A stretch of 64,000 nt of DNA from Mobula hypostoma (lineage: Eukaryota): assembly GCF_963921235.1 (NCBI RefSeq), contig NC_086108.1, positions 39,496,001-39,560,000 of the forward strand, in the 5' to 3' direction. Under the pieces are notes generated by a model. The model was not told the DNA's origin. It saw only the letters and a list, made by a program, of their open reading frames with translations, and searched no databases. Shown here piece by piece: positions 15,001 to 30,000 of the stretch. A program made the position numbers and the translations under genes. Every line of letters starts with the position of its first letter. Position 1 is the stretch's first letter.

Positions 15001-18000
15001 AAAGGAGGGGAGTGGGTGAGTACGGGAGGGGAGTGGGTGCATACAGGAGGGGAGTGGGTGAGTACAGGAGGGGTATGGGTGAATACAGGAGGGGAATGGT
15101 TGAGTACGGGAGGGGAGTGGGTGAATACAGGAGGGGAGTGGGTGAGTACAGGAGGGGAGTGCGTGAGGACAGGAGGGAGTGGGTGAATACAGAAGGGGAG
15201 TGGGTGAGTACAGGAGCGGAATGGGTGACTCCAGAAGGGAGTGGGTGAATACAGAAGGAGGAGTGGGTGAGTACAGGAGGGGAATGGGTGAATACAGAAG
15301 GGCAGTGGGTGAGTACTGGAGGGGAGTGGGTGAGTACTGGAGGGGAATGGGCAAATACTGGAGGGGAATGGGTGAGTACAGGAGGGGAGTGGGTGAACAT
15401 AGGAGTGGAGTGGGTGAGTACTGGATGGGAGTGTCTAATTTCAGGAGGGGAATGGGTGAGTAGGGGAGGGGAATGGGTGACTCGGAAGGGGAGTGGGTGA
15501 GTACTGGAGAGGAATGGGTGAGTACAGGAGGGGTATGAGTGAGTGCAGGACGGGAATGGGTGAATACAGGAGGGGAATGCGTGAGTACGGGAGGGGAGTG
15601 GGTGAATAAAGGAGGGGAGTGGGTGAGTCCAGAAGGGAGTGGGTGAATACAGAAGGGGGAGAAGGTGAGTACAGGAGGGGAATGGGTGAATACAGAAGGG
15701 GAGTGGGTGAGTACTGGAGGGGAGTGTGTGAGTAAAGTAGGGGAGTGGGTGAACATAGGAGTGCAGTGGGTGAGTACTGGAGGGGAGTGTCTAAGTTCAG
15801 CAGGGGAATGGGTGAGTATGGGAGGGGAATGGGTGACTAAGAAGGGGAGTGAGTGAGTACAGGAGGGGAATGGGTGAGTAAAGGAGGGGAATGAGTGAGT
15901 GCAGGAGGGGAATGGGTGAGTACAGGAGGGGAGTGGGTGAATACAGGAGCGGAACAGGTGAATGCAGGAGGGGAGTGGGTGAGTACGGAAGTGTAGTGGG
16001 AGAGTACAGGAGGGGAATGAGTGAGTACTGTAGGGGAGTGGGTGAGTATGGGAGGGGAATGGGTGAATACAGGAGGAGAGTGGGTGAATACAGGGGGGGA
16101 ATGGGTGAGTACAGGAGGGGAATGAGTGACTAGGGAGGGGAGTGGGTGAGTACAGGAGGGGAATGGGTGAGTACAGGAGTGGAATGGGTGGGTACAGTAG
16201 GGGAGTGGGTGAGTACAGGAGGGGAATGCGTGAATGCAGGAGGGGAGTGGGTGAATACAGGAGGGAAGTGGGTGAATGCAGGAGGGCAGTGAGTGAGTAC
16301 GGGAGGGGAGTGGTTGAGTACAGGAGGGGAATGAGTGAGTACAGGAGGGGAATGGGTGAGTACAGGACGGGAATGAGTGAGTACAGGAGGGGAGTGGGTG
16401 AGTACAGGAGGGGAATAGTGGAGTACAGGAGGGGAATGAGTGAGTACAGGAGGGGAGTGGGTGAGTACGGGAGGGGAGTGGGTGAGTACGAGACGGGAGT
16501 CGGTGAGTACAGGAGGGGAGTGGGTGAGTACAGGAGGGGAGTGTGTGAGTACATGAGGGGAGTGTGTGAGTACAGGAGGGGAATGGGTGAGTACGGGAGG
16601 GGAATGGGTGACTAGGAAGTGGAGTGGGTGAGTACAGGAGTGGAATGGATGAGTACAGGAGGGGAATGGGTGAATACAGGCGGGGAGTGGGTGAGTAGAG
16701 GAGGGGAATGAGTGAGAGCAGGAGGGGAGTGGGTGAATACAGGAGGGGAATAGGTGAGAACAGGAGGGGAATTGGTGAGTACGGGAGGGGAGTGGGTGAG
16801 TACAGGAGGGGATGGGTGAGTACAGGAGGGGAATGAGTGAGTACAGGAGGGGAGTGGGTGAGTACAGAAGGGGAATGGGTGAGTACAGGAGGAGAATGAG
16901 TGACTACAGGAGGGGAGTTGGTGAGTACGCGAGGAGAGTGGGTGAGTACAAGAGGGGAGTGGGTGAATACAGGAAGGGAGTGGGTGAGTAAGGGAGGGGA
17001 GTGGGTGAGTACAGGAGGGAAATGAGTGAGAACAGGAGGGGAGTGGGTGAGTACAGGAGGAGAATAGGTGAGTACAGGAGGGGAATGAGTGAGTACGGGA
17101 CTGGTGTGGGTGAGTACAGGAGTGGAGTGGGTGAGTACAGGAGGCGAGTGGGTGAGTAAGGGAGGGGTGTGGCTGAGTACAGGAGGGGAGTGGGTGAATA
17201 CAGGAGGGGAATTGGTGAATGCAGGAGGGCAGTGGGTGAGTACGGGAGGGGAGGGGGTGAGTACCGGAGGGGAGTGTGTGAGTACGGGAGGGCAGTGGCA
17301 GAGTACAGGAAGGGAATATGAGAGTACAGGAGGGGAGTGGGTGAGTACAGGAGGGGAATAGGTGAGTACAGAAGGGGAGTGGGTGAGTACAGCAAGGGAG
17401 TGGTGAGTACAGTAGGGGAATGGGTGAGTACAGGAGGGGAGTGAGTGAGTAGAGGAAGGGAGTGGGTGAGTACGGGACGGGAGTGGGTGAGTACAGGAGT
17501 GGAGTGGGTGAGTTCAGGATGGGAATGAGTGAGTACTGGAGGGGAGTGGGTGAGTACAGGAGGGGAGTGGGTGAATACAGGAGGCGAATAGGTGAATGAA
17601 GGAGTGGAGTGGGTGAGTACGGGAGGGGAATGAGTGAGTACAGGAGGGGACTGTGTTAGTACCGCAGGGGAATAGGTGAGTACAGGAGGGGAATGGGTGA
17701 GTACGGTAGGGGAGTGGGTGAGTACGGGATGGGAGTGGGTGAATACAGGAGGGCAATGGGTGAATACATGAGGGGAATGCGTGAATGCAGGAGGGGAATG
17801 CCTGAATACAGGAGGGGAGTCGGTGAGAACGGGAGGGGAATGGGTGTTTACAGGATGGGAATAGGTGAGTACGGGAGGGGAACGGGTGAATAAAGGAGGG
17901 GAGTGGGTGAGTACCGGAGGGGTATGGGTGAATACAGGAGGGGAATGGGTGAGTACGGGAGGGGAGTGGTTGAATACAGGAGGGGAGTGGGTGAGTACTG

Positions 18001-21000
18001 GAGGGGAATGGGTGAATATTGGAGGGGAATGGGTGAGTACAGGAGGAGAGTGGGTGAGTGCAGGAGGTGAATGGGTGAATTCAGCAGGGGAGTGGATGAA
18101 TACAGGAGTGGAGTGGGTGAGTACAGGAGGGAGTGGGTGAATACAGAAGGGGAGTGGGTGAGTACAGGAGGGAAATGGGTGGATACAGGAGAGGAATGTG
18201 TGAGTACGGGTGGGGAGTAGGTGAATAATGGAGGGGAGTGGGTGAGTACAGGAGGGGAGTGGGTGAGTACAGGAGGGAGTGGGTGAATAGAGAAGGGGAG
18301 TGGGTGAGTACAGGAGGGGAATGCGTGAGTCCAGAAGGGAGTGGGTGAATACAGGAGGGGGAGAGGGTGAGTAGAGGAGGGGAATGGGTGAATACAGAAG
18401 GGGAGTGGGCGAGTACTGATGGGGAGTGTCTAAGTTCAGGAGGGGAATGGGTGAGTACGGGAGGGGAGCGGGTGCGTACAGGAGGGGAGTGGGTGAACAT
18501 AGGAGTGGAGTGGGTGAGTACTGGAGGGGGGTGTCTAAGTTCAGGAGGGAAATGGGTGAGTACGGGAGGGGAATGGGTGACTAGGAAGGGGAGTGGGTGA
18601 GTACAGGAGGGGAATGGGTGAATACAGGAGGGGAGTGGGTGAGTAGAGGAGTGGAATGTGAGAGTGCAGGAGGGGAATGGGTGAATACAGGAGGGGAATA
18701 GGTGAGAACAGGAGAGGAATGGGTGAGTACGGGAGGGAGTGGGTGAGTACAGGAGGGGATGGGTGAATACAGAAGGGGAATGAGTGAGTACAGGAGGGGA
18801 GTGGGTGAGTAGAGGAGGGGAATGAGTGAGTAGAGGAGGGGAATGGGTAAGTACGGGATTGGAATGGGTGAGTATGGAGGGGACTGGGTGAGTACAGGTG
18901 CTGAAATGGTGAGTACAGGAGGGGAGTGGGTGAATACAGGAGGGGAATGGTTGAGTACAGGAGGGGAATGGGTGAGTACAGGAAGGGAATGGGTGAATAC
19001 AGAAGGGGAGTGGGTGAGTACTGGAGGGGAGTGGGTGAGTACTGGAGGGGAATGGGCGAATACTGGAGAGGAATATGAGATTACAGGAGGGGAGTGGGTG
19101 AACATAGGAGGGGAGTGGTTGAGTACTGGAGGGGAGTGTGTTAGTTCAGGAGGGAAATGGGTGAGTACGGGAGGGGAATGGGTGACTAGGGAGGGGAGTG
19201 GGTGAGTACAGGAGGGGAGTGGGTGAGTACAGGAGGGGAATGCGTGAATGCAGGAGGGGAGTGGGTGAGTACGGGAGGGGAGTGGGTGAGTATAGGAGGG
19301 AAGTGGGTGAATGCAGGAGGGGAGTGAGTGAGTACGGGAGGGGAGTGGTTGAGTACAGGAGGGGAATGAGTGAGTACAGGAGGGGAATGGGTGAGTACAG
19401 GAGGGGAATGAGTGAGTACAGGAGGGGAGTGGGTGAGTACAGTAGGGGAATGAGTGAGTACAGGAGGGGAGTGGGTGAGTACAGGAGGGGAATAGTTGAG
19501 TACAGGAGGGGAATTAGTGAGTACAGGAGGGGAGTGGGTGAGTACGGGAGGGGAGTGGGTGAGTACGAGACGGGAGTCGGTGAATACAGGAGGGGAATGG
19601 GTGAGTACAGGAGAGGAATGGGTGAGTACAGGAAGGGAATGGGTGAGTACGGGAGGAGAATGGTGAGTACAGGAGGGAAATAGGTGTGTACCGAAGGGGA
19701 ATGAGTGAGTACGGGAGGGGAATGGGTGAGTACTGGAGGGGAATGGGTGAGTACAGGAGGAGAATAGGTGAGTAAAGGAGGGGAATGCGTGAATACAGAA
19801 AGGGAGTGGGTGAGTACAGGAGGGAGTGGGTGAATACAGAAGGGGAGTGGGTGAGTACAGGAGGGGAATGGGTGACTCCAGAAGGGAGTGGGTGAATACA
19901 GAAGGAGGAGTGGGTGAGTACAGGAGGGGAATGGGTGAATACAGAAGGGCAGTGGGTGAGTACTGGAGGGGAGTGGGTGAGTACTGGAGGGGAATGGGCA
20001 AATACTGGAGGGGAATGGGTGAGTACAGGAGGGGATTGGGTGAACATAGGAGTGGAGTGGGTGAGTACTGGATGGGAGTGTCTAATTTCAGGAGGGGAAT
20101 GGGTGAGTAGGGGAGGGGAATGGGTGACTCGGAAGGGGAGTGGGTGAGTACTGGAGAGGAATGGGTGAGTACAGGAGGGGTATGAGTGAGTGCAGGACGG
20201 GAATGGGTGAATACAGGAGGGGAATGCGTGAGTACGGGAGGGGAGTGGGTGAATAAAGGAGGGGAGTGGGTGAGTCCAGAAGGGAGTGGGTGAATACAGA
20301 AGGGGGAGATGGTGAGTACAGGAGGGGAATGGGTGAATACAGAAGGGGAGTGGGTGAGTACTGGAGGGGAGTGTGTGAGTAAAGTAGGGGAGTGGGTGAA
20401 CATAGGAGTGCAGTGGGTGAGTACTGGAGGGGAGTGTCTAAGTTCAGCAGGGGAATGGGTGAGTATGGGAGGGGAATGGGTGACTAAGAAGGGGAGTGAG
20501 TGAGTACAGGAGGGGAATGGGTGAGTAAAGGAGGGGAATGAGTGAGTGCAGGAGGGGAATGGGTGAGTACCGGAGGGGAGTGGGTGAATACAGGAGCGGA
20601 ACAGGTGAATGCAGGAGGGGAGTGGGTGAGTACGGAAGTGTAGTGGGAGAGTACAGGAGGGGAATGAGTGAGTACTGTAGGGGAGTGGGTGAGTATGGGA
20701 GGGGAATGGGTGAATACAGGAGGAGAGTGGGTGAATACAGGGGGGGAATGGGTGAGTACAGGAGGGGAATGGGTGACTAGGGAGGGGAGTGGGTGAGTAC
20801 AGGAGGGGAATGGGTGAGTACAGGAGTGGAATGGGTGGGTACAGTAGGGGAGTGGGTGAGTACAGGAGGGGAATGCGTGAATGCAGGAGGGGAGTGGGTG
20901 AGTACAGGAGGGAAGTGGGTGAATGCAGGAGGGCAGTGAGTGAGTACGGGAGGGGAGTGGTTGAGTACAGGAGGGGAATGAGTGAGTACAGGAGGGGAAT

Positions 21001-24000
21001 GGGTGAGTACAGGACGGGAATGAGTGAGTACAGGAGGGGAGTGGGTGAGTACAGGAGGGGAATAGTGGAGTACAGGAGGGGAATGAGTGAGTACAGGAGG
21101 GGAGTGGTTGAGTACGGGAGGGGAGTGGGTGAGTACGAGACGGGAGTCGGTGAGTACAGGAGGGGAGTGGGTGAGTACAGGAGGGGAGTGTGTGAGTACA
21201 TGAGGGGAGTGTGTGAGTACAGGAGGGGAATGGGTGAGTACGGGAGGGGAATGGGTGACTAGGAAGTGGAGTGGGTGAGTACAGGAGTGGAATGGATGAG
21301 TACAGGAGGGGAATGGGTGAATACAGGCGGGGAGTGGGTGAGTAGAGGAGGGGAATGAGTGAGAGCAGGAGGGGAGTGGGTGAATACAGGAGGGGAATAG
21401 GTGAGAACAGGAGGGGAATTGGTGAGTACGGGAGGGGAGTGGGTGAGTACAGGAGGGGATGGGTGAGTACAGGAGGGGAATGAGTGAGTACAGGAGGGGA
21501 GTGGGTGAGTACAGAAGGGGAATGGGTGAGTACAGGAGGAGAATGAGTGACTACAGGAGGGGAGTTGGTGAGTACGCGAGGAGAGTGGGTGAGTACAAGA
21601 GGGGAGTGGGTGAATACAGGAAGGGAGTGGGTGAGTAAGGGAGGGGAGTGGGTGAGTACAGGAGGGAAATGAGTGAGAACAGGAGGGGAGTGGGTGAGTA
21701 CAGGAGGAGAATAGGTGAGTACAGGAGGGGAATGAGTGAGTACGGGACTGGTGTGGGTGAGTACAGGAGTGGAGTGGGTGAGTACAGGAGGCGAGTGGGT
21801 GAGTAAGGGAGGGGAGTGGCTGAGTACAGGAGGGGAGTGGGTGAATACAGGAGGGGAATTGGTGAATGCAGGAGGGCAGTGGGTGAGTACGGGAGGGGAG
21901 GGGGTGAGTACCGGAGGGGAGTGTGTGAGTACGGGAGGGCAGTGGCAGAGTACAGGAAGGGAATATGAGAGTACAGGAGGGGAGTGGGTGAGTACAGGAG
22001 GGGAATAGGTGAGTACAGAAGGGGAGTGGGTGAGTACAGCAAGGGAGTGGGTGAGTACAGTAGGGGAATGGGTGAGTACAGGAGGGGAGTGAGTGAGTAG
22101 AGGAAGGGAGTGGGTGAGTACGGGACGGGAGTGGGTGAGTACAGGAGTGGAGTGGGTGAGTTCAGGATGGGAATGAGTGAGTACTGGAGGGGAGTGGGTG
22201 AGTACAGGAGGGGAGTGGGTGAATACAGGAGGCGAATAGGTGAATGAAGGAGTGGAGTGGGTGAGTACGGGAGGGGAATGAGTGAGTACAGGAGGGGACT
22301 GTGTTAGTACCACAGGGGAATAGGTGAGTACAGGAGGGGAATGGGTGAGTACGGTAGGGGAGTGGGTGAGTACGGGATGGGAGTGGGTGAATACAGGAGG
22401 GCAATGGGTGAATACAGGAGGGGAATGCGTGAATGCAGGAGGGGAATGCCTGAATACAGGAGGGGAGTCGGTGAGAACGGGAGGGGAATGGGTGTTTACA
22501 GGATGGGAATAGGTGAGTACGGGAGGGGAACGGGTGAATAAAGGAGGGGAGTGGGTGAGTACCGGAGGGTTATGGGTGAATACAGGAGGGGAATGGGTGA
22601 GTACGGGAGGGGAGTGGTTGAATACAGGAGGGGAGTGGGTGAGTACTGGAGGGGAATGGGTGAATATTGGAGGGGAATGGGTGAGTACAGGAGGAGAGTG
22701 GGTGAGTGCAGGAGGTGAATGGGTGAATTCAGCAGGGGAGTGGATGAATACAGGAGTGGAGTGGGTGAGTACAGGAGGGAGTGGGTGAATACAGAAGGGG
22801 AGTGGGTGAGTACAGGAGGGAAATGGGTGGATACAGGAGAGGAATGTGTGAGTACGGGTGGGGAGTAGGTGAATACAGAAGGAGGAGTGGGTGAGTACAG
22901 GAGGGGAATGGGTGAATACAGAAGGGCAGTGGGTGAGTACTGGAGGGGAGTGGGTGAGTACTGGAGGGGAATGGGCAAATACTGGAGGGGAATGGGTGAG
23001 TACAGGAGGGGATTGGGTGAACATAGGAGTGGAGTGGGTGAGTACTGGATGGGAGTGTCTAATTTCAGGAGGGGAATGGGTGAGTAGGGGAGGGGAATGG
23101 GTGACTCGGAAGGGGAGTGGGTGAGTACTGGAGAGGAATGGGTGAGTACAGGAGGGGTATGAGTGAGTGCAGGACGGGAATGGGTGAATACAGGAGGGGA
23201 ATGCGTGAGTACGGGAGGGGAGTGGGTGAATAAAGGAGGGGAGTGGGTGAGTCCAGAAGGGAGTGGGTGAATACAGAAGGGGGAGAAGGTGAGTACAGGA
23301 GGGGAATGGGTGAATACAGAAGGGGAGTGGGTGAGTACTGGAGGGGAGTGTGTGAGTAAAGTAGGGGAGTGGGTGAACATAGGAGTGCAGTGGGTGAGTA
23401 CTGGAGGGGAGTGTCTAAGTTCAGCAGGGGAATGGGTGAGTATGGGAGGGGAATGGGTGACTAAGAAGGGGAGTGAGTGAGTACAGGAGGGGAATGGGTG
23501 AGTAAAGGAGGGGAATGAGTGAGTGCAGGAGGGGAATGGGTGAGTACCGGAGGGGAGTGGGTGAATACAGGAGCGGAACAGGTGAATGCAGGAGGGGAGT
23601 GGGTGAGTACGGAAGTGTAGTGGGAGAGTACAGGAGGGGAATGAGTGAGTACTGTAGGGGAGTGGGTGAGTATGGGAGGGGAATGGGTGAATACAGGAGG
23701 AGAGTGGGTGAATACAGGGGGGGAATGGGTGAGTACAGGAGGGGAATGGGTGACTAGGGAGGGGAGTGGGTGAGTACAGGAGGGGAATGGGTGAGTACAG
23801 GAGTGGAATGGGTGGGTACAGTAGGGGAGTGGGTGAGTACAGGAGGGGAATGCGTGAATGCAGGAGGGGAGTGGGTGAGTACAGGAGGGAAGTGGGTGAA
23901 TGCAGGAGGGCAGTGAGTGAGTACGGGAGGGGAGTGGTTGAGTACAGGAGGGGAATGAGTGAGTACAGGAGGGGAATGGGTGAGTACAGGACGGGAATGA

Positions 24001-27000
24001 GTGAGTACAGGAGGGGAGTGGGTGAGTACAGGAGGGGAATAGTGGAGTACAGGAGGGGAATGAGTGAGTACAGGAGGGGAGTGGTTGAGTACGGGAGGGG
24101 AGTGGGTGAGTACGAGACGGGAGTCGGTGAGTACAGGAGGGGAGTGGGTGAGTACAGGAGGGGAGTGTGTGAGTACATGAGGGGAGTGTGTGAGTACAGG
24201 AGGGGAATGGGTGAGTACGGGAGGGGAATGGGTGACTAGGAAGTGGAGTGGGTGAGTACAGGAGTGGAATGGATGAGTACAGGAGGGGAATGGGTGAATA
24301 CAGGCGGGGAGTGGGTGAGTAGAGGAGGGGAATGAGTGAGAGCAGGAGGGGAGTGGGTGAATACAGGAGGGGAATAGGTGAGAACAGGAGGGGAATTGGT
24401 GAGTACGGGAGGGGAGTGGGTGAGTACAGGAGGGGATGGGTGAGTACAGGAGGGGAATGAGTGAGTACAGGAGGGGAGTGGGTGAGTACAGAAGGGGAAT
24501 GGGTGAGTACAGGAGGAGAATGAGTGACTACAGGAGGGGAGTTGGTGAGTACGCGAGGAGAGTGGGTGAGTACAAGAGGGGAGTGGGTGAATACAGGAAG
24601 GGAGTGGGTGAGTAAGGGAGGGGAGTGGGTGAGTACAGGAGGGAAATGAGTGAGAACAGGAGGGGAGTGGGTGAGTACAGGAGGAGAATAGGTGAGTACA
24701 GGAGGGGAATGAGTGAGTACGGGACTGGTGTGGGTGAGTACAGGAGTGGAGTGGGTGAGTACAGGAGGCGAGTGGGTGAGTAAGGGAGGGGAGTGGCTGA
24801 GTACAGGAGGGGAGTGGGTGAATACAGGAGGGGAATTGGTGAATGCAGGAGGGCAGTGGGTGAGTACGGGAGGGGAGGGGGTGAGTACCGGAGGGGAGTG
24901 TGTGAGTACGGGAGGGCAGTGGCAGAGTACAGGAAGGGAATATGAGAGTACAGGAGGGGAGTGGGTGAGTACAGGAGGGGAATAGGTGAGTACAGAAGGG
25001 GAGTGGGTGAGTACAGCAAGGGAGTGGGTGAGTACAGTAGGGGAATGGGTGAGTACAGGAGGGGAGTGAGTGAGTAGAGGAAGGGAGTGGGTGAGTACGG
25101 GACGGGAGTGGGTGAGTACAGGAGTGGAGTGGGTGAGTTCAGGATGGGAATGAGTGAGTACTGGAGGGGAGTGGGTGAGTACAGGAGGGGAGTGGGTGAA
25201 TACAGGAGGCGAATAGGTGAATGAAGGAGTGGAGTGGGTGAGTACGGGAGGGGAATGAGTGAGTACAGGAGGGGACTGTGTTAGTACCACAGGGGAATAG
25301 GTGAGTACAGGAGGGGAATGGGTGAGTACGGTAGGGGAGTGGGTGAGTACGGGATGGGAGTGGGTGAATACAGGAGGGCAATGGGTGAATACAGGAGGGG
25401 AATGCGTGAATGCAGGAGGGGAATGCCTGAATACAGGAGGGGAGTCGGTGAGAACGGGAGGGGAATGGGTGTTTACAGGATGGGAATAGGTGAGTACGGG
25501 AGGGGAACGGGTGAATAAAGGAGGGGAGTGGGTGAGTACCGGAGGGGTATGGGTGAATACAGGAGGGGAATGGGTGAGTACGGGAGGGGAGTGGTTGAAT
25601 ACAGGAGGGGAGTGGGTGAGTACTGGAGGGGAATGGGTGAATATTGGAGGGGAATGGGTGAGTACAGGAGGAGAGTGGGTGAGTGCAGGAGGTGAATGGG
25701 TGAATTCAGCAGGGGAGTGGATGAATACAGGAGTGGAGTGGGTGAGTACAGGAGGGAGTGGGTGAATACAGAAGGGTAGTGGGTGAGTACAGGAGGGAAA
25801 TGGGTGGATACAGGAGAGGAATGTGTGAGTACGTGTGGGGAGTAGGTGAATAATGGAGGGGAGTGGGTGAGTACAGGAGGGGAGTGGGTGAGTACAGGAG
25901 GGAGTGGGTGAATAGAGAAGGGGAGTGGGTGAGTACAGGAGGGGAATGCGTGAGTCCAGAAGGGAGTGGGTGAATACAGGAGGGGGAGAGGGTGAGTAGA
26001 GGAGGGGAATGGGTGAATACAGAAGGGGAGTGGGCGAGTACTGAAGGGGAGTGTCTAAGTTCAGGAGGGGAATGGGTGAGTACGGGAGGGGAGCGGGTGA
26101 GTACAGGAGGGGAGTGGGTGAACATAGGAGTGGAGTGGGTGAGTACTGGAGGGGAGTGTCTAAGTTCAGGAGGGAAATGGGTGAGTACGGGAGGGGAATG
26201 GGTGACTAGGAAGGGGAGTGGGTGAGTACAGGAGGGGAATGGGTGAATACAGGAGGCGAGTGGGTGAGTAGAGGAGTGGAATGTGAGAGTGCAGGAGGGG
26301 AATGGGTGAATACAGAAGGGGAATAGGTGAGAACAGGAGAGGAATGGGTGAGTACGGGAGGGAGTGGGTGAGTACAGGAGGGGATGGGTGAATACAGAAG
26401 GGGAATGAGTGAGTACAGGAGGGGAGTGGGTGAGTAGAGGAGGGGAATGAGTGAGTAGAGGAGGGGAATGGGTAAGTACGGGATTGGAATGGGTGAGTAT
26501 GGAGGGGAGTGGGTGAGTACAGGTGCTGAAATGGTGAGTACAGGAGGGGAGTGGGTGAATACAGGAGGGGAATGGTTGAGTACAGGAGGGGAATGGGTGA
26601 GTACAGGAAGGGAATGGGTGAATACAGAAGGGGAGTGGGTGAGTACTGGAGGGGAGTGGGTGAGTACTGGAGGGGAATGGGCGAATACTGGAGAGGAATA
26701 TGAGATTACAGGAGGGGAGTGGGTGAACATAGGAGGGGAGTGGTTGAGTACTGGAGGGGAGTGTGTTAGTTCAGGAGGGAAATGGGTGAGTACGGGAGGG
26801 GAATGGGTGACTAGGGAGGGGAGTGGGTGAGTACAGGAGGGGAATGGGTGAGTACAGGAGTGGAATGGGTGAGTACAGTAGGGGAGTGGGTGAGTACAGG
26901 AGGGGAATGCGTGAATGCAGGAGGGGAGTGGGTGAGTACGGGAGGGGAGTGGGTGAGTATAGGAGGGAAGTGGGTGAATGCAGGAGGGGAGTGAGTGAGT

Positions 27001-30000
27001 ACGGGAGGGGAGTGGTTGAGTACAGGAGGGGAATGAGTGAGTACAGGAGGGGAATGGGTGAGTACAGGAGGGGAATGAGTGAGTACAGGAGGGGAGTGGG
27101 TGAGTACAGTAGGGGAATGAGTGAGTACAGGAGGGGAGTGGGTGAGTACAGGAGGGGAATAGTTGAGTACAGGAGGGGAATTAGTGAGTACAGGAGGGGA
27201 GTGGGTGAGTACGGGAGGGGAGTGGGTGAGTACGAGACGGGAGTCGGTGAATAAAGGAGGGGAATGGGTGAGTACAGGAGAGGAATGGGTGAGTACAGGA
27301 AGGGAATGGGTGAGTACGGGAGGGGAATGGTGAGTAAAGGAGGGAAATAGGTGTGTACCGAAGGGGAATGAGTGAGTACGGGAGGGGAATGGGTGAGTAC
27401 TGGAGGGGAATGGGTGAGTACAGGAGGAGAATAGGTGAGTAAAGGAGTGGAATGCGTGAATACAGAAAGGGAGTGGGTGAGTACGGGAGGGGAGTTGGTG
27501 AGTACGGTAGGTAGTGGGTGAGTACAGGAGGGGAATGAGTGAGTATAGGAGGGGAGTGGGTGAGTACAGGAGGGGACTGGGTGAGTACGGGAGGGGAGTG
27601 GGTGGGTACAGGAGGGGAGTGGATGAGTACAGGAGGGGAATGAGTGAGTACAGGAGGGGAGTGGGTGAGTACAGGAGGGGAGTGGGTGCATACAGGAGGG
27701 GAATGGGTGAGTACTGGAGGGGAATGGGTGAATACAGAAGGGGAATGAGTGAGTACAGGAGGGGAGTGGGTGAGTAGAGGAGGGGAATGAGTGAGTAGAG
27801 GAGGGGAAGGGGTAAGTACGGGATTGGAATCGGTGAGTAGGGAGGGGAGTGGGTGAATACAGGAGGGGAATGGTTGAGTACAGGAAGGGAATGGTTGAGT
27901 ACAGGAAGGGAATGGGTGAATACAGAAGGGGAGTGGGTGAGTACAGGAGGGGAGTGGGTGAACATAGGAGGGGAGTGGTTGAGTACTGGAGGGGAGTGTG
28001 TTAGTTCGGGAGGGAAATGTGTGAGTACGGGAGGGGAATGGGTGACTAGGGAGGGGAGTGGGTGAGTACAGGAGGGGAATGGGTGAGTACAGGAGTGGAA
28101 TGGGTGAGTACAGTAGGGGAGTGGGTGAGTACAGGAGGGGAATGCGTGAATGCAGGAGGGGAGTGGGTGAGTACAGGAGGGAAGTGGGTGAATGCAGGAG
28201 GGCAGTGAGTGAGTACGGGAGGGGAGTGGTTGAGTACAGGAGGGGAATGAGTGAGTACAGGAGGGGAATGGGTGAGTACAGGACGGGAATGAGTGAGTAC
28301 AGGAGGGGAGTGGGTGAGTACAGTAGGGGAGTGGGTGAGTACAGGAGGGGAATAGTGGAGTACAGGAGGGGAATGAGTGAGTACAGGAGGGGAGTGGGTG
28401 AGTACGGGAGGGGAGTGGGTGAGTACGAGACGGGAGTCGGTGAGTACAGGAGGGGAGTGGGTGAGTACAGGAGGGGAGTGTGTGAGTACATGAGGGGAGT
28501 GTGTGAGTACAGGAGGGGAATGGGTGAGTACGGGAATGGAATGGGTGACTAGGAAGTGGAGTGGGTGAGTACAGGAGTGGAATGGATGAGTACAGGAGGG
28601 GAATGGGTGAATACAGGCGGGGAGTGGGTGAGTAGAGGAGGGGAATGAGTGAGAGCAGGAGGGGAGTGGGTGAATACAGGAGGGGAATAGGTGAGAACAG
28701 GAGGGGAATTGGTGAGTACGGGAGGGGAGTGGGTGAGTACAGGAGGGGATGGGTGAGTACAGGAGGGGAATGAGTAAGTACAGGAGGGGAGTGGGTGAGT
28801 ACAGAAGGGGAATGGGTGAGTACAGGAGGAGAATGAGTGACTACAGGAGGGGAGTTGGTGAGTACGCGAGGAGAGTGGGTGAGTACAAGAGGGGAGTGGG
28901 TGAATACAGGAAGGGAGTGGGTGAGTAAGGGAGGGGAGTGGGTGAGTACAGGAGGGAAATGAGTGAGAACAGGAGGGGAGTGGGTGAGTACAGGAGGAGA
29001 ATAGGTGAGTACAGGAGGGGAATGAGTGAGTACGGGACTGGTGTGGGTGAGTACAGGAGTGGAGTGGGTGAGTACAGGAGGCGAGTGGGTGAGTAAGGGA
29101 GGGGAGTGGCTGAGTACAGGAGGGGAGTGGGTGAATACAGGAGGGGAATTGGTGAATGCAGGAGGGCAGTGGGTGAGTACGGGAGGGGAGGGGGTGAGTA
29201 CCGGAGGGGAGTGTGTGAGTACGGGAGGGCAGTGGCAGAGTACAGGAAGGGAATATGAGAGTACAGGAGGGGAGTGGGTGAGTACAGGAGGGGAATAGGT
29301 GAGTACAGAAGGGGAGTGGGTGAGTACAGCAAGGGAGTGGGTGAGTACAGTAGGGGAATGGGTGAGTACAGGAGGGGAGTGAGTGAGTAGAGGAAGGGAG
29401 TGGGTGAGTACGGGACGGGAGTGGGTGAGTACAGGAGTGGAGTGGGTGAGTTCAGGATGGGAATGAGTGAGTACTGGAGGGGAGTGGGTGAGTACAGGAG
29501 GGGAGTGGGTGAATACAGGAGGCGAATAGGTGAATGAAGGAGTGGAGTGGGTGAGTACGGGAGGGGAATGAGTGAGTACAGGAGGGGACTGTGTTAGTAC
29601 TGCAGGGGAATAGGTGAGTACAGGAGGGGAATGGGTGAGTACGGTAGGGGAGTGGGTGAGTACGGGATGGGAGTGGGTGAATACAGGAGGGCAATGGGTG
29701 AATACAGGAGGGGAATGCGTGAATGCAGGAGGGGAATGCCTGAATACAGGAGGGGAGTCGGTGAGAACGGGAGGGGAATGGGTGTTTACAGGATGGGAAT
29801 AGGTGAGTACGGGAGGGGAACGGGTGAATAAAGGAGGGGAGTGGGTGAGTACCGGAGGGGTATGGGTGAATACAGGAGGGGAATGGGTGAGTACGGGAGG
29901 GGAGTGGTTGAGTACTGGAGGGGAATGGGTGAATATTGGAGGGGAATGGGTGAGTACAGGAGGAGAGTGGGTGAGTGCAGGAGGTGAATGGGTGAATTCA

